Source: Acidimicrobiia bacterium
GTDB taxonomy: Bacteria; Actinomycetota; Acidimicrobiia; Spongiisociales; UBA5794
Direction of reading: 5' to 3'
DNA length: 26,160 nucleotides
Assembly (NCBI GenBank): GCA_030598905.1
Contig: JAUVPA010000001.1
Location: 1-26,160, forward strand
Each line of letters starts with the position of its first letter. The first letter of the stretch is position 1. A program made the translations under genes and the position numbers. The notes beneath the pieces are model-generated. The model was not told where the DNA came from, did not search any database, and worked only from the letters and a program-made list of their open reading frames with translations. Below are positions 16,911 to 25,877 of this stretch, piece by piece.

Positions 16911-17677
16911 CACTCGAGCCCCGGATAAGTTCGCTGCATCCACTGCATCTCACTCAGGAGGTGTCCGAGGTGCTCGGTATGGAACCCACGCCGGCCACCT
17001 CCGCGTTGGGTCACCTCATCGGGCAGAGCGATCATCGCATCGGCGGCTACGGCCGCGATCGCGTGAAGCCATGGTCCACTCAGAGCACCGAGGTCCACGC
17101 CGACACCACTCTCGACCATCTGGCGATCGAGATCGTCCATTTCGAACAGCTCCCCTGTGTACCGCCACAGGTTGTCGACGGCCGCTTGCATTCGGGTGTG
17201 GCTTTCGTCGGTACCGTCACCGAGGCGAACAACCCAACCAGACGTGTGGCGGAAGTGATAGAGCGACTCTTTGTGGGCTTTCGCCGCTATCCCCGCGAGG
17301 ATCGCATCCTCCGACACTGCGAGCGCCTCCCAGAGAAGCCGCTGGTAGGCATCCATGAACAGCTGGCGCGCCATCGTGTGTGCGAAGTCGCCGTTGGGCT
17401 GTTCGACGAGAACCACATTGGTGAATTCACGCTCGGTGCGTTGGAAAGCGAGGTCATCATCGGTGGTGCCGCCGCCCACGAGCTGGGAGGCGTGACCGAG
17501 AAGATGGGTGGCAACCCCGAGGTGGTCGAGAGCGACGTTGGCGAGCGCAATGTCTTCCTCTAGCTCGGGACCAAGCGACACCCACTCGGACAATCTCTGC
17601 GCCAGCACCAGGTTGTCGTCCCCGTGCCTGAGAACGTAGGCAGCAGCCGGATCGGTCATCGTCGCGAAGCCGGTCAC
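16907..17677 (-). CDS. paaC: Phenylacetyl-CoA 1,2-epoxidase subunit C
   Basis: GDDNLVLAQRLSEW, GPELEEDIALAN, VEQPNGDFAHT, RLGDGTDESH, GFHTEHLGHLLSEMQ. Confidence 0.93.
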   Translation of the reverse strand: MTGFATMTDPAAAYVLRHGDDNLVLAQRLSEWVSLGPELEEDIALANVALDHLGVATHLLGHASQLVGGGTTDDDLAFQRTEREFTNVVLVEQPNGDFAHTMARQLFMDAYQRLLWEALAVSEDAILAGIAAKAHKESLYHFRHTSGWVVRLGDGTDESHTRMQAAVDNLWRYTGELFEMDDLDRQMVESGVGVDLGALSGPWLHAIAAVAADAMIALPDEVTQRGGGRRGFHTEHLGHLLSEMQWMQRTYPGLEW

Positions 17678-18021
17678 ATGTACCCCACTTCGTCCGGAAT
17701 CTCGTAGAACGTCGGGTGCCGATACGGCTTGTCTGCGAAAGGCTCGAACATGGCATCAGCGTCGTAGGGATCTGTGGCGTGGATCTCGCCGGAAGGCACG
17801 ACCCAGATGCTGACGCCCTCTTCGCGTCGTGTGTAGACGTCTCGCGCGTTCTGCAATGCGGTCTCGACATCCGCCGCATGGAGGCTGCCCGCGTGCACGT
17901 GGCTGAGGCCGCGCCGCTGCCGAACGAACACTTCCCACAGAGGCCATCCCGTCGAGGACGAGCGAGGGGCGTCATCCGCCGCAATGTCCTGCCCCGGAAC
18001 TTCGGGTACTGAGTAGCTCAC
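17674..18021 (-). CDS. paaB: Phenylacetyl-CoA 1,2-epoxidase subunit B
   Basis: [51 protein letters not shown]. Confidence 0.95.
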   Translation of the reverse strand: MSYSVPEVPGQDIAADDAPRSSSTGWPLWEVFVRQRRGLSHVHAGSLHAADVETALQNARDVYTRREEGVSIWVVPSGEIHATDPYDADAMFEPFADKPYRHPTFYEIPDEVGYM

Positions 18022-18983
18022 GCCGCCCCCCTCGCATCAATGGTGTCTGCAGCGCGTGCTGCAGCTTTCTCGGAGTGGGCGATCGCCGCCTCGCGCACCC
18101 ATTCGCCGTCTTCCCAGGCGCCGACCTTGTGCTGAATGCGCTCTCGATTCATCGGACCGTGGCCTTTGATCACAGTCCAGAACTCGTCCCAGTCGATATC
18201 GCCGAAGTCGTAGTGCTCGCGCTCCACGTTCCATACGAGGTCCGGATCGGGCACGGTGAGGCCCAGATACTCAGCTTGAGGAATCGTCATGTCGACAAAT
18301 TTCTGGCGCAGGTCGTCGTTGGTCATCCGCTTGATCTTCCATTCCATCGACTGCTCGGTGTGAGTCGATTCCGAGTCCGGTGGACCGAACATCATGAGCG
18401 AGGGCCACCACCAGCGGTCGAGCGCGTCTTGGGCCAGAGCCCGTTGCTCGGCTGAGCCTCGGCTGAGCGTGAGCATGATCTCGTAACCCTGGCGCTGATG
18501 AAAGCTCTCCTCCTTACAGTTCCGCACCATCGCCCTGGAGTACGGTCCGTATGAGGTTTGCTGGAGCATGATCTGATTGACGATGGCGGCACCGTCCACG
18601 AGCCATCCGATCGTGCCCATGTCGGCCCACGTCAGGGTCGGATAGTTGAAGATCGACGAGTACTTCTGGCGTCCGGTGTGGAGCTGGTCGACAAGATCTT
18701 CGCGGCTGACGCCGAGGGTTTCGGCGGCCGAATAGAGGTAGAGGCCGTGTCCGGCTTCGTCTTGGATCTTGGCGATGAGGATGGCCTTGCGTTTCAGGCT
18801 GGGCGCCCGAGTGATCCAGTTGCTTTCCGGCTGCATCCCGATGACCTCGGAGTGAGCGTGTTGGGCGATTTGGCGGATCAGCGTGTGGCGGTAGCCCTCG
18901 GGCATCCAGTCACGCGGTTCGACCTTGTCGTCGGCATCAATCGTTGTCTGGAAACGGGTTTCACCCGCGGTGGTCTGCGTCAC
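18018..18983 (-). CDS. paaA: Phenylacetyl-CoA 1,2-epoxidase subunit A (di-iron)
   Basis: [55 protein letters not shown]. Confidence 0.97.
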   Translation of the reverse strand: MTQTTAGETRFQTTIDADDKVEPRDWMPEGYRHTLIRQIAQHAHSEVIGMQPESNWITRAPSLKRKAILIAKIQDEAGHGLYLYSAAETLGVSREDLVDQLHTGRQKYSSIFNYPTLTWADMGTIGWLVDGAAIVNQIMLQQTSYGPYSRAMVRNCKEESFHQRQGYEIMLTLSRGSAEQRALAQDALDRWWWPSLMMFGPPDSESTHTEQSMEWKIKRMTNDDLRQKFVDMTIPQAEYLGLTVPDPDLVWNVEREHYDFGDIDWDEFWTVIKGHGPMNRERIQHKVGAWEDGEWVREAAIAHSEKAAARAADTIDARGAA

Positions 18984-19007
18984 GGAGCCTCCGGGTACGG
19001 GGAAACA

Positions 19008-19031
19008 AGCTTAACAAACGAACGTTCGTTT
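19008..19031 (-). promoter_or_regulatory. paa promoter with TetR (PaaR-type) operator
   Basis: Perfect 16-bp palindrome AAACGAACGTTCGTTT (19016-19031) abuts an extended -10 TGtTAAGCT on the minus strand (19008-19016), 25-50 nt upstream of paaA. Confidence 0.8.
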
Positions 19032-19064
19032 TTGGTCGGGACGGTGTGAGGACGACGTGGTTGC

Positions 19065-22000
19065 TCAACCGACGAGGCGACGAATCTGCCGCACTGCAAC
19101 GACGACCGAAGCGGCATCGGCGACTCCATCACGGGCCAGGAGTCGCATGAACCGGATGAGGCGACCTTCGTCGTCGGCATGGGCGAGAAGGAACAGATCG
19201 ACTGCTTCGTCAGCTCCGCGGCCGGCACCCTCGGTCAGGATCCGCTCCGCCAGCTGGCGGCGGACTCGGAGGAGCTCGTCTTCGAGCGTTTGCACCGACC
19301 ACCGCTGCCATCGCGTTCGAGCGGGGAGATGGTCAACCTGGTCTTCGAGCCAGTCGATCCGGAATGCACGCCCGGCGCGGAAGAAGACACGAGCAACGTC
19401 GAGGACCGGCCGATCGGTTGCGTGTGCCACGTCGATGATGTCGGGAGCGTGCACCAGCTCCAACTGGTAGACGTGGCGATGCGCCAGATCCTCCGGGACC
19501 CCAGCCTCGATGAGGTTCTGTGCCGCCGCATTTCGCTCCTCACGCCAATCAGGAGGGCCAATGTCGATGATCTCGGCCGCGAGCTCGGCGAACAAAGCCG
19601 CAGCGGCGTCGATATCGGCGATGTGCCCAGCTTCGGGATGATCCAGGTACCACCGGGTCGTCCACTCGACCAGATCGTCCACGCCTTCGAGCAGCTGGCG
19701 GTGTGACGCGGCGGCGACTCGGCCGTCAAGCGACTCGATCGTCGCCCAGCGGTCCTGGGCACCGGTCACGACCCGGGCGATCCGATAGGCCCGAACGATG
19801 TCCGCGGGAGCCGCACCAGTCTCCGCCTCGAGGCGCGACACGAAGGTGATGCCTTCGGAATTGACGACCTGATTCGAGATGATCGTTGCCACCAGCTCCC
19901 GCCGCAGTGGGTGGTCCTTCGCCAGAGCACCGAATCGGTCCATGACGGGACCTGGAAAGTACCCTGCGACATCCCGGTCGAAGCGATCCCAATCAGGGAG
20001 CTCGGAGGCCAGCAGGGCTGCCGTGAGGCTGCGCTTGGCGTAGGCGAGGAGGACCGCGAGTTCCGGTCGCGCCATCCCCAGGTTCTCACTCGACCTCTCT
20101 CCCATGACCTCCGACGAGGGAAGCTGCTCGATGTCCCGATCAAGCAAGTCATCTTCTTCGAGCGACAGCATGAGGTCCTCGTATGCGTCGAGGCGCTCGA
20201 AGGATCGCACGCTCTCTTGAGAGAGGATCTGCGCCTGCAGGAAGTTGTCGTACACAACGGCCGCAACCACGTTCGGTGCGACCGACATGATGAGGTCGTC
20301 GCGTTCGGTTTCTTCGAGTTCTCCCCGCTCGATCGCAAGACTGAGCAGGATCTTGAGATTGACCTCTCGATCCGACGTGTGGACGCCAGCCGAGTTGTCG
20401 ATGAAGTCGGTGAATATGCAACCACCGCCACCCTCGAACTCCACGCGAGCTGCCTGCGTAAGACCGAGGTTTCCCCCTTCACCGATGACCGAACAACGCA
20501 GCTCCGAAGCGTTGACGCGGACCGCATCATTGGCCCGGTCCTGAACCGCTTCGGGACCCTCGGCTGAAGACTTCACATAGGTGCCGATTCCGCCACTCCA
20601 CACGAGGTCCACCGGCGATCGCAAGACCGCGGAGATCAGCGCGTTTGGTGTCACCTGGCGGTCGGCGGTGTCCAGCGTCTTCATCGCTTCGTCACTCAGG
20701 ACGATCCGCTTGTCGGACCTCGAGTACACCTCGCCTCCCGGCGACAGCACAGAGCGGTCGTAGTCCTGCCACGAGGACAGACCCATCTCGAACAGCCGCC
20801 GACGTTCGGCAAACGAGGCCGCTGGATCTGGATCGGGATCGATGAAGATGTCGCGGTGATCGAACGCGGCGACCAGGCGAATCGACTCGGAGAGAAGCAT
20901 CCCGTTACCGAACACGTCACCCGACATGTCTCCGATGCCGACGACCGCGATCGCGCCCTGCTCGAGATCGACTCCGAGATCATTGAAGTGGCGCCGTACA
21001 GACTCCCACACCCCCCGAGCCGTGATCGCGAGTGCCTTGTGGTCATAACCCGTGCTCCCCCCGGATGCAAAGGCGTCGCCCATCCAGAAACCGCGACGAA
21101 CCGATATGGCGTTGGCGTTGTCCGACAGCTTCGTCGTGCCCCTGTCCGCCGCTACAACGAGATAGGCATCAGGACCGTCGTGAATGCGAATCCCGGGCGG
21201 GTGAACGGTATCGCCACCGGCGAGGTTGTCGGTGACATCGAGCAGGGCACCGATGAACGACTCGTACGCCGCCGTGACCTCGCTCGGTGTGGGTGCGGAG
21301 GTGCCGCGAACGATGAACCCCCCCTTGGCTCCTGTGGGGACGATGATCGCGTTCTTGGTCATCTGCGCCTTCATGAGGCCGAGAACCTCGGTGCGGTAGT
21401 CCTCCTGCCTCACGGACCAACGAATGCCTCCCCGCGAGACTGACCCCCCGCGGAGGTGAACACCCTCGACATCTGGGCCATACACGAAGATCTCATACAG
21501 CGGCTTCGGGTCCGGGAGGTCCGGCACACGAGCCGATCGGAGCTTGAGAGCCAACACCGACCTGTCCGGTGCGAACGCGTTGGTACGGACCGTCGCGTCG
21601 ATCAGGCCCTGGAAAGCCCTCAGGATCCGGTCGACATCGAGCGACCGAACGTCGTCCAGATCGTGCCGAATCGTCGCTCGAACGGCTGCCTCGACAGCTG
21701 TGTTGGCATTGGGAGAGAATCGCGCCTCGAAGAGAGCCATGAGGTTCTCGGCGATCGTCGGGTTCGACGCCAACGCCTCTTCGACATAACGAATCGAAAA
21801 CGAGCTGCTCAGCAGCCGCCAGTACGTGCGATAGGCGCGCAAAATGGCGATGTCTTCATGGCTGAGCGAGGTCGTCGTGAGAAGCCGGTTGAGCGAGTCC
21901 GATTCCGCCTCCCCGCGCAAGCCGGCGGCGACGGCGGCGCACACGCGATCCCGGCAGGCGTCCAGGTCGAGCGGCTCGCCGTCGGGGCCGCGCACTCCGA

Positions 22001-23831
22001 AGTCGTGTATGAGGATTTCCTCATCACCACCCACCCGCGTCGGCACCGCCTCGATGACGCGGAGCCCGATGTCCTCGAGCAGCGGCATCATCTCAGACAG
22101 TTCGAGCTTCTCTGCCTTGTGGTAGACCGCGATGCGCGTCAGGCGCTCATCAGATTCCTCCTCGTTCTGGGTCGCCACGAGGAGCTGGTTGTCGCTCGCC
22201 GCAAGTTCATCGAGAGCGCGGATATCACCGAGAGCGACGGCGAGCTCGGTAGAGGTCCTGTAGTACGACGGGAACCGATGGGCCCAAATGGTCACGAGGC
22301 GCTCCGCCTCCGCGTCTCCGACGTGAGATCGCAGCGCTTCGCGAATCTTGTCCGCCCACGTCCTCGTCAGCGCCATGACCTCGCGTTCGAGGGCATCGAG
22401 GTCCGGATCTTCGTGGCCGTTCTCGTCGCGCCACACGGTGAAATGGATGCGGGCATCTCCGGTTTCGTCCAGAGAGAGCCGGTAGTCGATCGCGGTCCCA
22501 TTCAGCCGCTCCAGGAACAAGGCCTGGAGCTCCTGGCGGAGATCGGAATTGAAGCGGTCTCGAGGAACGACGACGAGGACGGAAACGCTCCTCTGGAAAG
22601 GGTCCCGTCGCACGAAGAGTTTGGTCCGGTTGTGTTCGTCGGGATGAAGCAAGCCCACGAGACTCGACCGAAGCTCGGCCGTGGACGCCGTGAAGAGGTC
22701 GTCCTTGGGGAAGCTCTCGAAAATCTGGATGAGCATCTTGTAATCGTGTGATCCCTCGACCAGGTCTTCCGCCACGAGCACGCGGTCGAGCTTGTGGCGG
22801 AGCACCGGGATCGTGGTTGCTTCGGCCATGTACGCCTTCGATGTGAGCAGGCCGAGCATTCGAGCCTCGCCCCTCGTGTTGCCGTCGTCGTAAAGCCGGA
22901 TACTCACGTAGTCCATCCGGGCGTCGCGGTGAACGCGGGAGTGGCGATTCGTCTTGGTGATCGTCAGCAGCCTCGTGCCCTCGAAGCGCTCGACGAGCTC
23001 GGGCCTCAGCGTCGTGACGGATACCGGACTCGCGTAGCGGGAGTCCTCATCTCGGCAGAGGATGCCGAGTCCCGTGCCGGGTTGAGCCTGAATCACACGG
23101 CCTTCCGTGGTGTCGCCGATTGCGTATTCGCGGTAGCCGAGGAACACGAAGTTGAGGTCGAGGAGCCATTCGATGAAGTCGACGGCCTCGTCGACCTCCG
23201 AGTCCGCGACGATGCCCCTCGCCGCCTCGGCATAGGCGACCATCTGATTGGCGGCGGACTTCATCGGCTCGAAGTCTCGAACCGCCCGCCCAACGTCACG
23301 GAGGGTGCGGCCGATCCCGGCCTCGAGATCCGCCATCTCGGATTCGCTCAAACGACGATCGAGTTCATAGTGCTGAACGGAGTAAGGCGAATCCGTTTCT
23401 CGCGCCCTCACCACCGCCGTGACGCTGCCATCGCCGTCGCGCTCCAGGCCGACAACGGGATGTGCCATCCGCGCCACCGAGAGACCGCGTCGCGAGAAGG
23501 CAGCCGAAACCGAGTCGACGAGAAAAGGACCGTCGTCCGTGACGCACTCGACAACGGTGCCCGCCGTCTCGTAGCCGTGGGTTGCAGCCGTCGGGTTGAA
23601 GACACGAAGAAGAACCTCACTCCCCGACCGCTCCGTAGCGAAATCGATGAGACCTCGCACCTCGGCGAGAATCTCTTCGGGAGTGCTCTCGCTTATCGCC
23701 TCGGTGTACATCCGGCGGAGGTACAGATCAGCGAATGGGCGCACAACACCTGTGCCCGCCGCATCCCTCGGTATGAGATCCACGACACGGTCGAGGAGGG
23801 ATTCGCGGCTTTTACTATCGCCGTTCGTCAC
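19065..23831 (-). CDS. gdh: Large NAD-specific glutamate dehydrogenase (GDH2 / 180-kDa type)
   Basis: 1588 aa; DDGPFLVDSV, EGVHLRGG.VSRGGIRWS, EVLGLMKAQMTKNAIIVPTGAKGGF, YLVVAADRG, DAFASGGSTGYDHK, GIGDMSGDVFGNGML, TDFIDNSAGV. Confidence 0.97.
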   Translation of the reverse strand: MTNGDSKSRESLLDRVVDLIPRDAAGTGVVRPFADLYLRRMYTEAISESTPEEILAEVRGLIDFATERSGSEVLLRVFNPTAATHGYETAGTVVECVTDDGPFLVDSVSAAFSRRGLSVARMAHPVVGLERDGDGSVTAVVRARETDSPYSVQHYELDRRLSESEMADLEAGIGRTLRDVGRAVRDFEPMKSAANQMVAYAEAARGIVADSEVDEAVDFIEWLLDLNFVFLGYREYAIGDTTEGRVIQAQPGTGLGILCRDEDSRYASPVSVTTLRPELVERFEGTRLLTITKTNRHSRVHRDARMDYVSIRLYDDGNTRGEARMLGLLTSKAYMAEATTIPVLRHKLDRVLVAEDLVEGSHDYKMLIQIFESFPKDDLFTASTAELRSSLVGLLHPDEHNRTKLFVRRDPFQRSVSVLVVVPRDRFNSDLRQELQALFLERLNGTAIDYRLSLDETGDARIHFTVWRDENGHEDPDLDALEREVMALTRTWADKIREALRSHVGDAEAERLVTIWAHRFPSYYRTSTELAVALGDIRALDELAASDNQLLVATQNEEESDERLTRIAVYHKAEKLELSEMMPLLEDIGLRVIEAVPTRVGGDEEILIHDFGVRGPDGEPLDLDACRDRVCAAVAAGLRGEAESDSLNRLLTTTSLSHEDIAILRAYRTYWRLLSSSFSIRYVEEALASNPTIAENLMALFEARFSPNANTAVEAAVRATIRHDLDDVRSLDVDRILRAFQGLIDATVRTNAFAPDRSVLALKLRSARVPDLPDPKPLYEIFVYGPDVEGVHLRGGSVSRGGIRWSVRQEDYRTEVLGLMKAQMTKNAIIVPTGAKGGFIVRGTSAPTPSEVTAAYESFIGALLDVTDNLAGGDTVHPPGIRIHDGPDAYLVVAADRGTTKLSDNANAISVRRGFWMGDAFASGGSTGYDHKALAITARGVWESVRRHFNDLGVDLEQGAIAVVGIGDMSGDVFGNGMLLSESIRLVAAFDHRDIFIDPDPDPAASFAERRRLFEMGLSSWQDYDRSVLSPGGEVYSRSDKRIVLSDEAMKTLDTADRQVTPNALISAVLRSPVDLVWSGGIGTYVKSSAEGPEAVQDRANDAVRVNASELRCSVIGEGGNLGLTQAARVEFEGGGGCIFTDFIDNSAGVHTSDREVNLKILLSLAIERGELEETERDDLIMSVAPNVVAAVVYDNFLQAQILSQESVRSFERLDAYEDLMLSLEEDDLLDRDIEQLPSSEVMGERSSENLGMARPELAVLLAYAKRSLTAALLASELPDWDRFDRDVAGYFPGPVMDRFGALAKDHPLRRELVATIISNQVVNSEGITFVSRLEAETGAAPADIVRAYRIARVVTGAQDRWATIESLDGRVAAASHRQLLEGVDDLVEWTTRWYLDHPEAGHIADIDAAAALFAELAAEIIDIGPPDWREERNAAAQNLIEAGVPEDLAHRHVYQLELVHAPDIIDVAHATDRPVLDVARVFFRAGRAFRIDWLEDQVDHLPARTRWQRWSVQTLEDELLRVRRQLAERILTEGAGRGADEAVDLFLLAHADDEGRLIRFMRLLARDGVADAASVVVAVRQIRRLVG

Positions 23832-23889
23832 GGAACGAAAGAGTAATCAGCCGTAAGCCATGAGCCACGAGCCACGGGTCACGAGGGGC

Positions 23890-24303
23890 TCAGCTCGGGG
23901 TGAACTCGAGCGGTCGGCGGCCGGCTTCCCAGTCCTCGAGCAAGATGTTGAGATCGGTGATCTCGCCGCGGTAGATCGCTTCGACGACACATGCAGAGCA
24001 CCACCTCGACCCCTCGCAGGCTACCGTTGCCGGCCGCGCGCAATGGGCACATGTCGCGATGAAAAGGTCGACTTTCTCAGACTCGTTCTTGGTGAGGTCG
24101 ACCGCCTGGTCACCCTCATCGGCGAAACCCGGCCTCGTGTTCCGAGTCCGGAACCGGGGCTGACGCACCTCCTCTATCCCATCGAGAAGACACGAAGCGC
24201 ACCACTGATCGACCTGGAGCATCGTGACCCTGCCGCACTTCTGGCAGTCTGCGGTCTCTTGGTCGTCGCCGTTGAAGTTGATGCGTTCAGATAGCTCATT
24301 CAT
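23890..24303 (-). CDS. Hypothetical protein with two CxxC...WCxxC putative zinc fingers
   Basis: CQKC-X10-WCASC and CAHC-X12-WCSAC separated by an acidic linker; 137 aa from ATG 24303. No clear SD. Confidence 0.6.
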   Translation of the reverse strand: MNELSERINFNGDDQETADCQKCGRVTMLQVDQWCASCLLDGIEEVRQPRFRTRNTRPGFADEGDQAVDLTKNESEKVDLFIATCAHCARPATVACEGSRWCSACVVEAIYRGEITDLNILLEDWEAGRRPLEFTPS

Positions 24304-24357
24304 GTGGCGAGCATGAACGACTTCACCCACCGCGGATAGACACATTCGGCGTCGGAA

Positions 24358-24375
24358 GTGGTGACTAGTCACCAC
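24358..24375. promoter_or_regulatory. Perfect 18-bp palindrome, candidate operator
   Basis: GTGGTGACTAGTCACCAC in the divergent region between the CxxC protein and the MFS gene. Confidence 0.45.
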
Positions 24376-24411
24376 CGATCCCTCGTTACCTGTTGTTTGT
24401 TTGTCAGAACC

Positions 24412-24421
24412 GAAACGTTTC
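24412..24421. promoter_or_regulatory. LacI-like operator core
   Basis: Palindrome GAAACGTTTC about 25 nt upstream of the MFS -10 element. Confidence 0.3.
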
Positions 24422-24445
24422 TGATACGAACGAAGAACCAACAAC

Positions 24446-24451
24446 TAGGTT
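24446..24451 (+). promoter_or_regulatory. -10 element for leaderless MFS mRNA
   Basis: TAGGTT-CCGCTCC-ATG (TAnnnT-N7-ATG). No SD before ATG 24459. Confidence 0.55.
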
Positions 24452-24458
24452 CCGCTCC

Positions 24459-25829
24459 ATGTCGGCATTGGAGCGCAACAACAAACGCACCATCTTCGGA
24501 TGGGCGATGTACGACTGGGCAAATTCGGCGTACATCACGGCCGGGAGCTTGATCTTCTCGATCTACTTCGCAGGAGAGGTGTTCCCGGAGGAGGGCATCG
24601 AGTTCCTGGGATGGACTCTCGACGGAGACGGCTTCTGGGCACTCATCGTGGGATTTGGTGCGTTCGCCGTCTTCATCGTGATGCCGATACTGGGAGCGGC
24701 TGCGGACTTCTCCGATGCAAAACTGCGGATGCTGAAGTGGTTCGCATACACCGGAGCGTTCTTCACTGTGCTGCTCGTGTTCGTGGGGCCGGGCGCGGTC
24801 GCCCTCGGCATAGGCCTCTTCCTGCTCACCCGCTTCGGTTTCGTCGCTGGAAACGTCATGTACGACGGCTTCCTGCCCGAGATCACCTCGGACGACACCG
24901 TCGACAGCGTCTCGGCCAAGGGTTTTGCGCTCGGCTACGCAGGCGGAGGCCTCCATCTGCTGCTCGGTGCTGCGTTCATCTTCATGCACGAGTCGATCGG
25001 GATCAGCGAGAACACCGCGACCGTGATCGTTGTCGGGTCGGCTGGAATGTGGTGGGCCGCCTTCGGTGCCTTTGCGTTCTCCCGCCTGAGAGACGGAGGG
25101 AGGGGGCAGCAGCTTCCCGAGCGATATCGCTCGACCAACCGGCTGTTCGCCTATGCGGGCCTCGGCTTCTCTCGCACCTGGGCGACCACGAAACACCTCC
25201 TGGCCTTCAAGCCCCTGTTGTTGTTCGTGATCGCATTCATCATCTACAACGACGGCGTTGCAACGGTGATCGCCATCACTGGGGTATACGCCTCAGAGGT
25301 TCTCGAATTGGAGCAGACGACGATCCTGCTTGCCTTCCTCGTCACCCAAGTGGTGGCCGTCATCGGAGCATTGCTGTTCGGGCGCATCGCCAAGGCCATC
25401 GGCGCCAAGGGGGCGCTCCTCATTTCAATCTCCGTATGGGCCTTCGTCGCCCTTGGTGCCTACTTTCTCCCCACCGGATCGGCTGCTCCGTTCTTCGCGG
25501 TCGCCACGGTTGCCGGCCTCGTCCTCGGTGGCATCCAGGCCCTCTCTCGCAGCCTCTATGCAACCATGATCCCTGAGGAGGCCTCCGCCGAGTTCTTCGG
25601 CTTCTTCAGTGTGTTCTCGAAGTTCAGCGCCATCTGGGGACCGCTGATCTTCTTCATCGTCGACACAACAACCGGATCGGCACGAACGGCGATTCTCTCT
25701 TTCATCGGTTTCTTCGTCGTCGGTGGGATCCTCCTCAGCCGCGTCGATGTCGACCAGGCCCGCGCCGACCGCGAACGGTGGCGGTTCGAGGGCGGTGAGG
25801 CCGGCGTATCGGTGGGTTCCGAACGGTGA
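24459..25829 (+). CDS. MFS transporter, UMF1/ATG22-like family
   Basis: GWAMYDWANSAY, PILGAAAD, VMYDGFLPEI, SAKGFALGYAGG, YNDGV, GGIQALSRS, EFFGFFSV; about 12 TM helices. Confidence 0.92.
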   Translation: MSALERNNKRTIFGWAMYDWANSAYITAGSLIFSIYFAGEVFPEEGIEFLGWTLDGDGFWALIVGFGAFAVFIVMPILGAAADFSDAKLRMLKWFAYTGAFFTVLLVFVGPGAVALGIGLFLLTRFGFVAGNVMYDGFLPEITSDDTVDSVSAKGFALGYAGGGLHLLLGAAFIFMHESIGISENTATVIVVGSAGMWWAAFGAFAFSRLRDGGRGQQLPERYRSTNRLFAYAGLGFSRTWATTKHLLAFKPLLLFVIAFIIYNDGVATVIAITGVYASEVLELEQTTILLAFLVTQVVAVIGALLFGRIAKAIGAKGALLISISVWAFVALGAYFLPTGSAAPFFAVATVAGLVLGGIQALSRSLYATMIPEEASAEFFGFFSVFSKFSAIWGPLIFFIVDTTTGSARTAILSFIGFFVVGGILLSRVDVDQARADRERWRFEGGEAGVSVGSER

Positions 25830-25877
25830 CGAAATCCGCCGGAATTGCGGTATCGGTGTCTACGGTGCCGTTCCAAG

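Noticed and set aside
21456-23846. Long + strand ORFs (431 aa, 350 aa) and many similar ORFs elsewhere in the track
   Set aside because: Antisense shadows of real high-GC genes (here gdh), with no recognisable motifs.
23860-24294. + strand 144-aa ORF
   Set aside because: No motif; the opposite-strand ORF has a duplicated Cys4 pattern that is unlikely by chance.
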